A stretch of 64,000 nucleotides of DNA from Candidatus Omnitrophota bacterium (GTDB taxonomy: Bacteria > Omnitrophota > Gorgyraeia > Gygaellales > Profunditerraquicolaceae), in assembly GCA_026387355.1 (NCBI GenBank), contig JAPLLW010000011.1, positions 9,504 through 73,503 of the forward strand, written 5' to 3'. The translations under genes were made by a program, and so were the position numbers. The notes under the pieces are model-generated. The model had not been told where the DNA came from. It did not search any database and saw only the letters and a program-made list of their open reading frames with translations. Positions 46,693 through 55,197 of this stretch are shown here, piece by piece; position 1 is the stretch's first letter; each line of letters opens with the position of its first letter.

Positions 46693-47528
46693 TTTAGCCT
46701 CTCTCCCTTGATCCCGATTATTACCTCTTGGAACGGGATCTTCTTACCAGAACCAGCAATCGCTTCTTCAACAACTCCGAGCAAACCAGAACAACAAGGA
46801 ACCTCAATATGGACATAGGTCATAGATTTAAGATTATTATTTTCGATTATCTGTTTAATCTTCTGCTTATAAATATCGATATTGTCGAGTTTCGGACAAC
46901 CAACCAATAAAACCTTCCCCTTAAGCAAATCTTCATGAAAGGAAGGATATGCAAAAGCTACGCAATCCGCTGCAATTAATAAATCGGCATTATTTAGGAA
47001 AGGCGCAAAAGCCGGAACGAGCATTATCTGCACCGGCCAGTTGACTAACTCTGACTCCCTATTTGCTGAAACTTCTTTATTAGTCGTAGTCTGTTTATGC
47101 TTTAAATCCATTATCTTTGAGCCAGGGCAACCACCAGAGATATGCTGATGTGCTCCTATTCCGGCTTGCGCATCAATGGGATTATTAATCCCTTTTTCTT
47201 TTAAATAAGAGAGGGCTTCGTGCAAATATCCCTGCTCATTATGCTCTTTTAGATGATTAAGATGCGCCTTAATCACATTCGCGCCCTGCTTAACAATATT
47301 CTCCATCACCTTTCGCTCGCTGTATTTCTCTGCCTCTCTCTCCTCTATAATAATTGCGCCCTCTGGGCAATGCCCAAGACATGCGCCCAGGCCATCGCAA
47401 AATAAATCACTAATTAGGCGCGCTTTACCATCGATAATCTGGATAGCTCCCTCAGGGCAGTTAGGAATACACAACCCGCAGCCATTACATTTATCCTCTT
47501 CAATCTTAATAATCTTTCGCTTTGACAT
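46689..47528 (-). CDS. 2x[4Fe-4S] ferredoxin-domain protein with Cys-containing C-terminal domain
   Basis: CNGCGLCIPNCP and CDGLGACLGHCP, followed by CVAF…GCPK…PCCSG. Confidence 0.6.
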   Translation of the reverse strand: MSKRKIIKIEEDKCNGCGLCIPNCPEGAIQIIDGKARLISDLFCDGLGACLGHCPEGAIIIEEREAEKYSERKVMENIVKQGANVIKAHLNHLKEHNEQGYLHEALSYLKEKGINNPIDAQAGIGAHQHISGGCPGSKIMDLKHKQTTTNKEVSANRESELVNWPVQIMLVPAFAPFLNNADLLIAADCVAFAYPSFHEDLLKGKVLLVGCPKLDNIDIYKQKIKQIIENNNLKSMTYVHIEVPCCSGLLGVVEEAIAGSGKKIPFQEVIIGIKGERLK

Positions 47529-47537
47529 TTACTAAAC

Positions 47538-47939
47538 TTAGCTCCTTAATAATAATGCTATGCTTACAGTTCCCAATTCTCTCAAAACATAATCCTCAAT
47601 TTTAACAATCTTTTTCCTTAATGGGCAACTTCCAGTATGAGGACAAACAATCTTCTTTAAAAAACACTCATTCAGGCTTGGCTTACCCTGGAATATACGC
47701 ATAATATCAGTTAAAAATATCTTTGCCGGTTCCTTGGCAAGAATAAACCCGCCACTCTGTCCCTTAAAAGACTCGAGAATCTTTTTTTTATTCAGCTGCT
47801 GGAGTATTTTTCTTAAGAATGGCCTGGGCAATTGCAATGCCAGAGCCAACTTCTTCACAGAAACAATACAACCTTTACGCTGAGCAATTAAACATAGGGC
47901 CCTTACCGCATAATCAGTATCTCTAGTTATTAATTTCAT
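47538..47939 (-). CDS. Rrf2-family regulator, NsrR-like (3 Cys)
   Basis: N-terminal wHTH DYAVRALCLIAQ. CFLKKIVCPHTGSCP. Sits upstream of hcp, as NsrR regulons do. Confidence 0.75.
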   Translation of the reverse strand: MKLITRDTDYAVRALCLIAQRKGCIVSVKKLALALQLPRPFLRKILQQLNKKKILESFKGQSGGFILAKEPAKIFLTDIMRIFQGKPSLNECFLKKIVCPHTGSCPLRKKIVKIEDYVLRELGTVSIALLLRS

Positions 47940-48049
47940 ATTTTAATTAAATTCGTTTGGGCAGTTTTAAGTCTTACCCAGGACAAAATACTGCAGCCCT
48001 CTTTACAATGGGCTACCGGACGAATCATGTATCTAACTGTTATATCCAT
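47936..48049 (-). CDS. 37-aa ORF MDITVRYMIRPVAHCKEGCSILSWVRLKTAQTNLIKI, translationally coupled (ATGA) to the Rrf2 gene
   Basis: Own translation. SD AAGGAAGGAGGG 3 nt upstream. Not in the ORF track. Confidence 0.35.
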   Translation of the reverse strand: MDITVRYMIRPVAHCKEGCSILSWVRLKTAQTNLIKI

Positions 48050-48072
48050 ACGCCCTCCTTCCTTTAATCATA

Positions 48073-48100
48073 ATGATACTATAATTGTATCATTTGTCAA
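48073..48100 (-). promoter_or_regulatory. promoter (TTGACA-16 nt-TATCAT) with an embedded palindrome ATGATAC-N7-GTATCAT overlapping the -10 and spacer. Candidate Rrf2 operator
   Basis: Seen directly in minus sense. Confidence 0.45.
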
Positions 48101-48143
48101 GTAAAATTTTAGGGCCCTCTGAATTTAACAAAGAGCCCTAAAA
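48101..48143 (-). terminator. terminator after 48148-48495 (TAGGGCCCTCT…AGAGCCCTA stem plus U-run)
   Basis: Seen directly. Confidence 0.55.
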
Positions 48144-48147
48144 ATAG

Positions 48148-48495
48148 TTACTTTACCGTAATCTCTTTTTCGAGCTTTCCACTTAAATTACAATACCCCT
48201 CTACCGAAAGTTTATCCCCGGGCCTTACATTAACGATCGCGTAACTTACGCTTTGGGTAGCCGAGTTATCCTGCTTTGTGAACTTGAGCTCTTTTATCTC
48301 TTTACCATTTAATCCAATATCAACTTTCTTAATATAGTGTGTTGCTGGATTGCTTACACTATGTTTGATTACCGCATTAAGCGTATTTGTTTTTTTGTCA
48401 AAGGTTATAATAATATCCTGCGGTGGATGCGCATAGGCTACAACTGATAATGTAAAACAAAAACACAGCAAAATAAATAAAACCTTTCTTTTCAT
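48148..48495 (-). CDS. exported SOR-fold-like (desulfoferrodoxin Fe-binding-domain-like) protein with altered metal ligands
   Basis: Signal peptide …VVAYA|HPPQ. NPATHYIKKVDI vs HPNTAEHHIQSIEV of SOR, and YCNLSG vs YCNIHG of SOR. Inferred by eye alignment to the SOR in this window. Confidence 0.4.
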   Translation of the reverse strand: MKRKVLFILLCFCFTLSVVAYAHPPQDIIITFDKKTNTLNAVIKHSVSNPATHYIKKVDIGLNGKEIKELKFTKQDNSATQSVSYAIVNVRPGDKLSVEGYCNLSGKLEKEITVK

Positions 48496-49238
48496 GCCTT
48501 CCTCCTTTGCGATATCTTGTTCAAGATCGGAACAAAAAGATTTAAAACTAATAACGCACCTATCTCTGCGTCAAAACTTACTCCGCTTTGAGTAAAAATA
48601 AAAATTAAAGCAGCAACACTAGCGCCAAAGGTTAACTTAGCTAAAAAATTAAACGGAGTTGATTTAGGCTCAATTAACATTATAAAGATAAAAAAGTAAC
48701 TAAGATAACCGAAAATTGATCCTATTGGCTCTCTACGTATTAATGCCTGTGATCCAAAAATAACCAGCGAAGTAATAAAATAACTGAGGAGTAGTTCTAG
48801 TTTATGTATCTTAAAAATAAAATACAGACCTACAGGAATAAGGATATACCATAAATACGTCCCTCTCCATTGGGTTTGGGCGCCTAGAAGTAAGGTCGCC
48901 AAAATTACGCCAAATCCAGCGGGATTAAATATGTGCTTCTTGTTAAAGCGAATTAAATACTTTGATGAGATAGCAAAAACTGATGTCAATACGATAACCC
49001 ACCAATGGCTATCACTAGCTAACACAAAGCCGATTATTAATCCTGTGATAATCGAGCTTTCCGATATAGAAAACCTTTTATCTTTTAAATAGAGTAGCAA
49101 TGATTCCGCTGCAATTGCGCTTATTAACGCAATCGCAGTAGCAAAGAAAAAAGAGCTATCTTTATCTATAAACGATAAGGATAAACCAAACAAAATCAGA
49201 AATAGAATTAGCTGCTTTTTAATTGAGACAGGTTTCAT
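48492..49238 (-). CDS. polytopic membrane protein, unknown function
   Basis: About 7 TM helices. HIFNPAGFG motif. Overlaps neighbours on both sides. Confidence 0.55.
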   Translation of the reverse strand: MKPVSIKKQLILFLILFGLSLSFIDKDSSFFFATAIALISAIAAESLLLYLKDKRFSISESSIITGLIIGFVLASDSHWWVIVLTSVFAISSKYLIRFNKKHIFNPAGFGVILATLLLGAQTQWRGTYLWYILIPVGLYFIFKIHKLELLLSYFITSLVIFGSQALIRREPIGSIFGYLSYFFIFIMLIEPKSTPFNFLAKLTFGASVAALIFIFTQSGVSFDAEIGALLVLNLFVPILNKISQRRKA

Positions 49239-49339
49239 TTTTTATCCGAAGAACCGCAACCACACCCACAATTACCCTTACCCTTCTTTATAAAGATAAT
49301 CAAAACAATAACTAAAATTATAAGCCCAAGCCAAAGCAT
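49235..49339 (-). CDS. 34-aa TM peptide with C-terminal CGCGCG (resembles the FeoB-associated Cys-rich membrane protein family)
   Basis: Own translation MLWLGLIILVIVLIIFIKKGKGNCGCGCGSSDKK. SD GGAGGTG. The TGA overlaps the ATG of 48492-49238. Confidence 0.45.
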   Translation of the reverse strand: MLWLGLIILVIVLIIFIKKGKGNCGCGCGSSDKK

Positions 49340-49455
49340 CTCACACCTCCTTGTTATTTAAAAGTTACACCATAAAAGACTATTTGCCCCTTCTTTCCTT
49401 ATTCATTTTACTCTTTAGTAATAAGTTGTCAATTGTATTAAGATTAAAAAAGTAC

Positions 49456-49483
49456 TTGCATTTAATTAATTTTTTCATATAAT
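49456..49483 (+). promoter_or_regulatory. promoter TTGCAT-16 nt-TATAAT ending 7 nt before the ATG 49491 (leaderless transcript candidate)
   Basis: Seen directly. No SD precedes the ATG. Confidence 0.4.
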
Positions 49484-49490
49484 ACAACTA

Positions 49491-50126
49491 ATGAAAAAAA
49501 TAGTAGTTTTCCTAGTTTTATTTGGCCTAACCGTTCTACTTTCAAGGCCCTGTGCAGCTGATGAGGGGAAAAAAGCCAACGGGCAGAAATCAAAGGCTTC
49601 TCAAACCGAAGAAGCCAAGAAAGGTAGCCTTGAGGCTATTGAAATCCTCACCGGATTTAGCTGGGGGAATTTAGTTAATGGGCAGGAGAATTACAATCTT
49701 ATCCCCGTAAGCGTATCTTTTGATTTTAACCTTAGAGAGCTAACCAAAAAAATACATTTTAATCCCAAGCAGCTATTGCAATTTCAGATAGAGCCATTTT
49801 TGGGATTTATTTCAAGCCCTGACTCCAATTTCGAAGGCGGAACAAATTTCTGGATCAAGATGGGGATCTTCCCAGATACCTGGAAATGCCAACCTTATGC
49901 TAAAATCGGTGTAGGATTAGATTACATGACCCTACACACACAGGAACAATCTACGCAATTTAATTTTACCGAACAGGTTGGCCTAGGACTACATTATTAC
50001 TTCACCAAGAACACTGCCCTGACCATAGAAGGACGCATGCGCCACCTTTCTAATGCCAGCATAAAACAACCAAACCACGGCATAAACAGTTACTTCGGCC
50101 TTGCGGGAATATCTTACCGGTTTTAA
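49491..50126 (+). CDS. outer-membrane beta-barrel protein, PagL-like lipid A deacylase family (tentative)
   Basis: Signal peptide. HLSN (HxSN) motif near the C-terminus. Terminal …YRF aromatic. Confidence 0.45.
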   Translation: MKKIVVFLVLFGLTVLLSRPCAADEGKKANGQKSKASQTEEAKKGSLEAIEILTGFSWGNLVNGQENYNLIPVSVSFDFNLRELTKKIHFNPKQLLQFQIEPFLGFISSPDSNFEGGTNFWIKMGIFPDTWKCQPYAKIGVGLDYMTLHTQEQSTQFNFTEQVGLGLHYYFTKNTALTIEGRMRHLSNASIKQPNHGINSYFGLAGISYRF

Positions 50127-50189
50127 CCAAGAATACTGACAAAAATCTCCAAAATTAAAACATAATGTCAGAAAAATTATCTTAATAAA

Positions 50190-51050
50190 ATGATTATTTT
50201 TTCCCTTAGAGAAGACTGGCGCAAGATCCAAGATATTCCGGATTCTAGCTTCTTTCTTGAAGGCGACAAGAACCTTTGCTTTCTTATCCATGGCTTAACC
50301 GGGACAGCAAAAGAAATGGGCTCTATTGGCCAGAGGCTTAATAGGCAAGGCTATTCCGTTTATAGCCCGATGATCAGTGGACACAACCAATCTTTGTCTA
50401 TACTCAAAAGAAAAAAATGGCAAGAATTATACTCGCAGATAAAAAATGAGTTCTTAAAATATGAATCTAAATACGAGAATATATTTGTTGCGGGACTATC
50501 CTTTGGCGCGTTATTAGGATTAAACCTCTCCTACGAATTCCCAAGAAAAATACGCGCGATCAACTGCTTCTCCCCTACGCTATTTTTCGATGGCTGGGCC
50601 ACGCCAAAACTAAAAATACTTTTACCTATAGTCTATAAGACGCCTCTTCAATATTATTTTTATCTTAAGGAAGAGTTTCCCTACGGCATTAAAAACGAGA
50701 GGCTGCGATCAAGGATTGAAAACTTCTACAAGAAATCGGATTTATTTGATTATAGTAAGGTGCACCTTTATGGTTATCCGGTTATTCCGGTATCAAGCAT
50801 GCACCAGAATAGCCTCTTAGCAAAACATGTTATGAATTTATTACCTGAAATAAATACCCCAATACAGCTATTACAGGCAAAAGAAGATGATGTCACTAGT
50901 CCTAAGAATTCATATTATATACGCGACCACATAGGCTCTATTGATAAAGAGGTCGTGCTTTTTGAAGACTCCTACCATATTATTATTGCCGACCAACAGA
51001 GGGATGAAGTTGCGCAGAAGACACTGGACTTCTTTAACAAATACAAATAA
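50190..51050 (+). CDS. alpha/beta hydrolase (esterase/lipase)
   Basis: HGLTGT oxyanion region. GLSFGA nucleophile elbow. Confidence 0.7.
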   Translation: MIIFSLREDWRKIQDIPDSSFFLEGDKNLCFLIHGLTGTAKEMGSIGQRLNRQGYSVYSPMISGHNQSLSILKRKKWQELYSQIKNEFLKYESKYENIFVAGLSFGALLGLNLSYEFPRKIRAINCFSPTLFFDGWATPKLKILLPIVYKTPLQYYFYLKEEFPYGIKNERLRSRIENFYKKSDLFDYSKVHLYGYPVIPVSSMHQNSLLAKHVMNLLPEINTPIQLLQAKEDDVTSPKNSYYIRDHIGSIDKEVVLFEDSYHIIIADQQRDEVAQKTLDFFNKYK

Positions 51051-51079
51051 AGCTTCCCTAAGAAACTCTACCTAAAGAT

Positions 51080-52489
51080 TTATTTTAATGCCCTGGATAA
51101 TGCCTCTTCAAAAAGCTCAACCCCTAAATCCATCTCTTTCTCAGTGATATAAAAAGATGGCGCCATAGTAAAGGCGTTTTTATAATATCCTCCCACATCT
51201 AGTATAAGCCCGCGTTTTTTACCGCCAACAGAAAGTGTTCCACTTAAACCAAGATTCGCTATTCTATCGGTTAACTCTTTATTAGGCGTAAAACTATCTT
51301 TTTCACACATCTCAACGCGTATAGCCAGGCCTAAACCGGCAACATCTCCGATCTGCGGGTATTTCTTTTGCAGCTTCTTAAAGCGAGCGAGCAGATATTG
51401 GCCCTTCTTAGGAACATCCACAGCAAAGTTTGACTCTTCAATTAATTTCATTACCTCGAGTCCCGCTGCAGTACCTAACGGGTTAGCAGAGAATGTGGAG
51501 TGCGTTGAGCCCGGAGGAAATACTTGCGGTGAGATAAGTTTTTCCTTTGCCCAGATACCGGAGATAGGGTTTAGTCCATTGGTTAAAGCCTTGCCGAATA
51601 CAATTATATCCGGAGTAACGTTAAAATGCTCTATTGCCCAAAGTTTACCCGTACGAAAGAATCCCATCTGTATTTCATCATCAACGAAAAGTATACCGTA
51701 TCTATCCAAAACTTCTTTTAGGCCTGAAAAATACTCCTGCGGAGGAACAATATAGCCTCCTGTCCCTTGAATAGCCTCAACGTAGAAAGCAGCAAATTCG
51801 CACTTGTTTGTCTTCTTGTTTACTACCGAATAATATTCGGTTTCAAACAATCTTTCAAATTGCTTCAAGCAGTACAGATCGCAAAAATCCTTCTTTTTAT
51901 CATAAGGGCATCTAAAACAGTACGGATATGGAACAAAGAACGCCCTATCCCCAAAATGACCAAACTTTTCACGATAACGAAAACTTGAGGTAATCGCTGA
52001 GGCAGCCAGGGTCCTTCCATGATAACCACCCATAAAAGCAAATACCAAGCTCCTCCCGGAATGATTTCTTACAAGCTTTAACGAGTCTTCAAGCGCAGAC
52101 GAACCGCCGACATTAAAATGCACCCTCCCCTTCTCCTCAAAGGTCATTTCATTTCTCCGGGAGATCTTTGTGGCAAGCTGAATTTTCTCCTCGTGCAAAT
52201 ATTGACAGGCTAACTGCGGAAGGATATCAATTTGTTTCTTAAGCGCTGCATTTAACCGTTTATTCCTGTACCCGAAATTAACTGCAGAATACCACATCTG
52301 TAAATCCAAATATTCAACACCTTTATCATCATACAGGAAGCTCCCGTTAGCTGACTTAAAAATATTTAGCTTTTCCGCATAATGCACCGTATCTCCCCAA
52401 GAACAATATTTTGCTTCTAAGGCCAGGAGCTCATCGGAGGATACCGGATTACTGACTTTATTCTTTTTTACAGCTAAATTCTGACTCAT
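51080..52489 (-). CDS. class-III PLP aminotransferase
   Basis: DDEIQMGFFRTGKLWA motif. 469 aa. Confidence 0.8.
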   Translation of the reverse strand: MSQNLAVKKNKVSNPVSSDELLALEAKYCSWGDTVHYAEKLNIFKSANGSFLYDDKGVEYLDLQMWYSAVNFGYRNKRLNAALKKQIDILPQLACQYLHEEKIQLATKISRRNEMTFEEKGRVHFNVGGSSALEDSLKLVRNHSGRSLVFAFMGGYHGRTLAASAITSSFRYREKFGHFGDRAFFVPYPYCFRCPYDKKKDFCDLYCLKQFERLFETEYYSVVNKKTNKCEFAAFYVEAIQGTGGYIVPPQEYFSGLKEVLDRYGILFVDDEIQMGFFRTGKLWAIEHFNVTPDIIVFGKALTNGLNPISGIWAKEKLISPQVFPPGSTHSTFSANPLGTAAGLEVMKLIEESNFAVDVPKKGQYLLARFKKLQKKYPQIGDVAGLGLAIRVEMCEKDSFTPNKELTDRIANLGLSGTLSVGGKKRGLILDVGGYYKNAFTMAPSFYITEKEMDLGVELFEEALSRALK

Positions 52490-53169
52490 ATAAAACTCCT
52501 TCTGAAATATTTATACACATCTTTTAAAGAATTATAAGCAAAACAGGTAAGCTTTTTATCCTGAAAATGTTTTAAAAGGCTATCTTTAGCAAATACTATA
52601 TCCGCATGCTGCGCCGGACAAATATCCGACCGCCCATCTCCAACATATATTATTATAGAATCTTGCGCCACGTTTGCCAAGAGGTTTTTTGTCTTACAAT
52701 GGCCACAAACCTGGCAATTCTTGTTATGAAATGGAAAGCGCGGAATGAGCCCATTCTTGTTAAAGCTTAATTTATTAGAATAAATCTTCAGACTCTTGAT
52801 AGAATGCCGATTTAATATACGCTTCAATATATAATCAAAATTATCGCTTAAAACGATTGTCTTTATTTGTTTTGCAGAGAGTAATTTTACTATCTTCTCA
52901 AAATAAGGGTCTAATTTTATACTAGATAGATACTTATTCAGCTTAACCTTTGTAATGCTTAAACCCTTAATCTGGCCTTCGAGGCAAACGTGGGATCCAA
53001 TCTTTCCCTTTTCCCACTCCTTCTCAAGCTTAATCCAGAGCTCATCCTTAGAAAAACGGGGTAGCATGCTATCGAGAACATCACAGGTAGAGATAGTATT
53101 ATCAAAATCAAAGAATACAATACACTTTTGCGGATTAATTATCTTCATTCTTTCTTTAAAATCAGGCAA
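52486..53169 (-). CDS. HAD-superfamily hydrolase (phosphatase, IB-like)
   Basis: FDFDNTI (DxDxT) motif I. C-terminal CQVCGHC. Confidence 0.65.
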   Translation of the reverse strand: MPDFKERMKIINPQKCIVFFDFDNTISTCDVLDSMLPRFSKDELWIKLEKEWEKGKIGSHVCLEGQIKGLSITKVKLNKYLSSIKLDPYFEKIVKLLSAKQIKTIVLSDNFDYILKRILNRHSIKSLKIYSNKLSFNKNGLIPRFPFHNKNCQVCGHCKTKNLLANVAQDSIIIYVGDGRSDICPAQHADIVFAKDSLLKHFQDKKLTCFAYNSLKDVYKYFRRSFI

Positions 53170-54172
53170 ATACTCCGGGGGTTATTTTGTTACAATAAAC
53201 ACAATTGCCCTGCTTAATATTATACTCCATAATACTGAAATCTTTCCTCTTAATCAACCTCTTTTTGCATGCGTAACATTCTGTATCCGTTCCCCAGCCA
53301 CTGACATTCCCAGCATAAATATACTCTAATCCTGCTTCAAAACCTATAATTCTGGCTTTTTTTAGTATATCCTCAGGCGTAACCTCATAATCCTTGAATT
53401 TATAATCCGGATGGAAACGCGAAACATGCCAAGGGATAGTTTTGTCTACGCTTGCGATAAAATTAGCTATCTTGCTTAACTCTTTTTCAGAATCATTTAT
53501 ATTGGGGATAATTAAGGTAGTTATCTCAACCCAAATCCCTAAGGCCTTCATAAGCTTAATCGAATCTAAAACTGGGTTTAAAGAACCGTTACAATATTTT
53601 TTATAGGAAGCTTCGCTAAAAAATTTAAGATCAATATTCGCAGCATCAAGATAAGGCCTGATCATTTCAATACAATCAGAACTCATATAACCGTTAGTAA
53701 CAAATATATTGTAAAGGCCTTTCGCTTTGGCTAGCTTTGCTATTTCCTGGGCGTATTCAAAGAAAATAGTCGGTTCAGTATAAGTATAGGAGATGCTTTT
53801 GCAGTCGCTCTGGATAGCTTGTTCAACTATATCCTTGGGAAGAAACTCTTCCTCCTCTAAATGCGCTTGGGCTTTAAACGTTTCTTGAGATATCTCCCAA
53901 TTCTGACAAAAACCGCAACGAAAATTACAACCCAGCGTTGCTATCGAAAAACTGCTTGAGCCCGGTAAGAAATGATACAACGGTTTCTTTTCAATGGGAT
54001 CTACGTGAGCTGCTACCACATTCCCATAAGTATGAGTATACAATATGCCATCGACGTTCGCCCTTACTCCGCATAGACCAAACTTCTGATTAGCGATTCT
54101 ACAGTTATGGCTGCAGAGATAGCAGAGCACCCCCTTTTCTTCGAGCTGCTTATAAAGTAACGCTTCTCTCAT
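53162..54172 (-). CDS. radical SAM enzyme of the AmmeMemoRadiSam type (PflA-like)
   Basis: CYLCSHNC…GLCGVRAN…DPIEKKPLYHF…GCNFRCGFCQNW. Confidence 0.65.
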   Translation of the reverse strand: MREALLYKQLEEKGVLCYLCSHNCRIANQKFGLCGVRANVDGILYTHTYGNVVAAHVDPIEKKPLYHFLPGSSSFSIATLGCNFRCGFCQNWEISQETFKAQAHLEEEEFLPKDIVEQAIQSDCKSISYTYTEPTIFFEYAQEIAKLAKAKGLYNIFVTNGYMSSDCIEMIRPYLDAANIDLKFFSEASYKKYCNGSLNPVLDSIKLMKALGIWVEITTLIIPNINDSEKELSKIANFIASVDKTIPWHVSRFHPDYKFKDYEVTPEDILKKARIIGFEAGLEYIYAGNVSGWGTDTECYACKKRLIKRKDFSIMEYNIKQGNCVYCNKITPGVFA

Positions 54173-55176
54173 AATCTTAAACTATCGAGTTTGCCTTCGC
54201 ATATAGGAAAGGCCTCTGCTACGCAAGGCGTAGTTACAGAATTATCTTTTCTATAATAAATTATTCTTGCTCTCTTGGCATCATTTAAATCACAGTAACG
54301 GCTCATTATCTGACAGGATAATTCCACCAATTGATCATTAAACTCTCCCCTACCTAAACAAGCCGGACCAGCTAAATCTTGATCGGGTATGAATAAATAA
54401 TCGGTTTCTTTAACTAAATACTCTAACTCCTTATTCTCTATTTCATTTCGGCCTACGATCAATTTAGTAGAAGCACTAAGTCTAAAATGCCTGCCTATTT
54501 TCAATAACTCCACATTTTCTATATTTAGCTGCCTATGTATAATAAGATCCCTGAGTCTATTAGAAAATTGCAGATCCGTAAGAAGACATCCTCCTGCTGA
54601 ATTCGGATAATCGCTTATCCCAAGCTTACGGGCTAAATTTATTTGAGGCCGGCGGGAGCGGCCATTAAAATTAAATAATTCTTCTCGCCTCACCCAAAGC
54701 TCTTTCTCGGGGACAGTTTCAGGAAATAATTTAGCGGATAATGGCCTAAGCAATAAACCCTCTAAAGCCGAATCCTTCTCGATAACCTGTAAGGCTCTTC
54801 TATGTTGTGACATCGGGCGTTGACCTAAAACTTCACCCGTAACTATGAACTGCGCATTCCATTCTCCCAACAGCTCTTTGGCCTTCTTCAACATAGTAAT
54901 CTTACAGTCTATGCAAGGATTCATATTTGAACCAAAACCGTGCTTAGGATTTAAAACTAGCTCCATAAAATCTTTACTAATATCCATACACCTAAGCTCT
55001 TCGCCTAAGTTATTCTTTACAAAAGAACTCATGGTATTATCAGGCTGCGCATTTTTCTTTCGCTGGCAAAAAGGAATCTTAAAATTAAGCGGGATAACCT
55101 CTACCCCTTGATCCTTAACTACTTTTGCCGCCAGAATGCTATCCAGGCCGCCAGAAATTAATGTAATTGCTTTCAT
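54169..55176 (-). CDS. PP-loop ATPase, ThiI-like without THUMP domain
   Basis: LISGGLDS PP-loop. GEVLGQRPMSQ (like ThiI GESLGQVASQT). Extra CIDC. Confidence 0.55.
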   Translation of the reverse strand: MKAITLISGGLDSILAAKVVKDQGVEVIPLNFKIPFCQRKKNAQPDNTMSSFVKNNLGEELRCMDISKDFMELVLNPKHGFGSNMNPCIDCKITMLKKAKELLGEWNAQFIVTGEVLGQRPMSQHRRALQVIEKDSALEGLLLRPLSAKLFPETVPEKELWVRREELFNFNGRSRRPQINLARKLGISDYPNSAGGCLLTDLQFSNRLRDLIIHRQLNIENVELLKIGRHFRLSASTKLIVGRNEIENKELEYLVKETDYLFIPDQDLAGPACLGRGEFNDQLVELSCQIMSRYCDLNDAKRARIIYYRKDNSVTTPCVAEAFPICEGKLDSLRL

Positions 55177-55197
55177 AAATTAAAATAAAATGAAGAG

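Noticed and set aside
48492-49238. Calling the 7-TM protein RnfD/NqrB-like because of the NPAGFG motif
   Set aside because: It is too short (248 aa) and lacks the C-terminal FMN-attachment SGAT-type motif. It is left as unknown.
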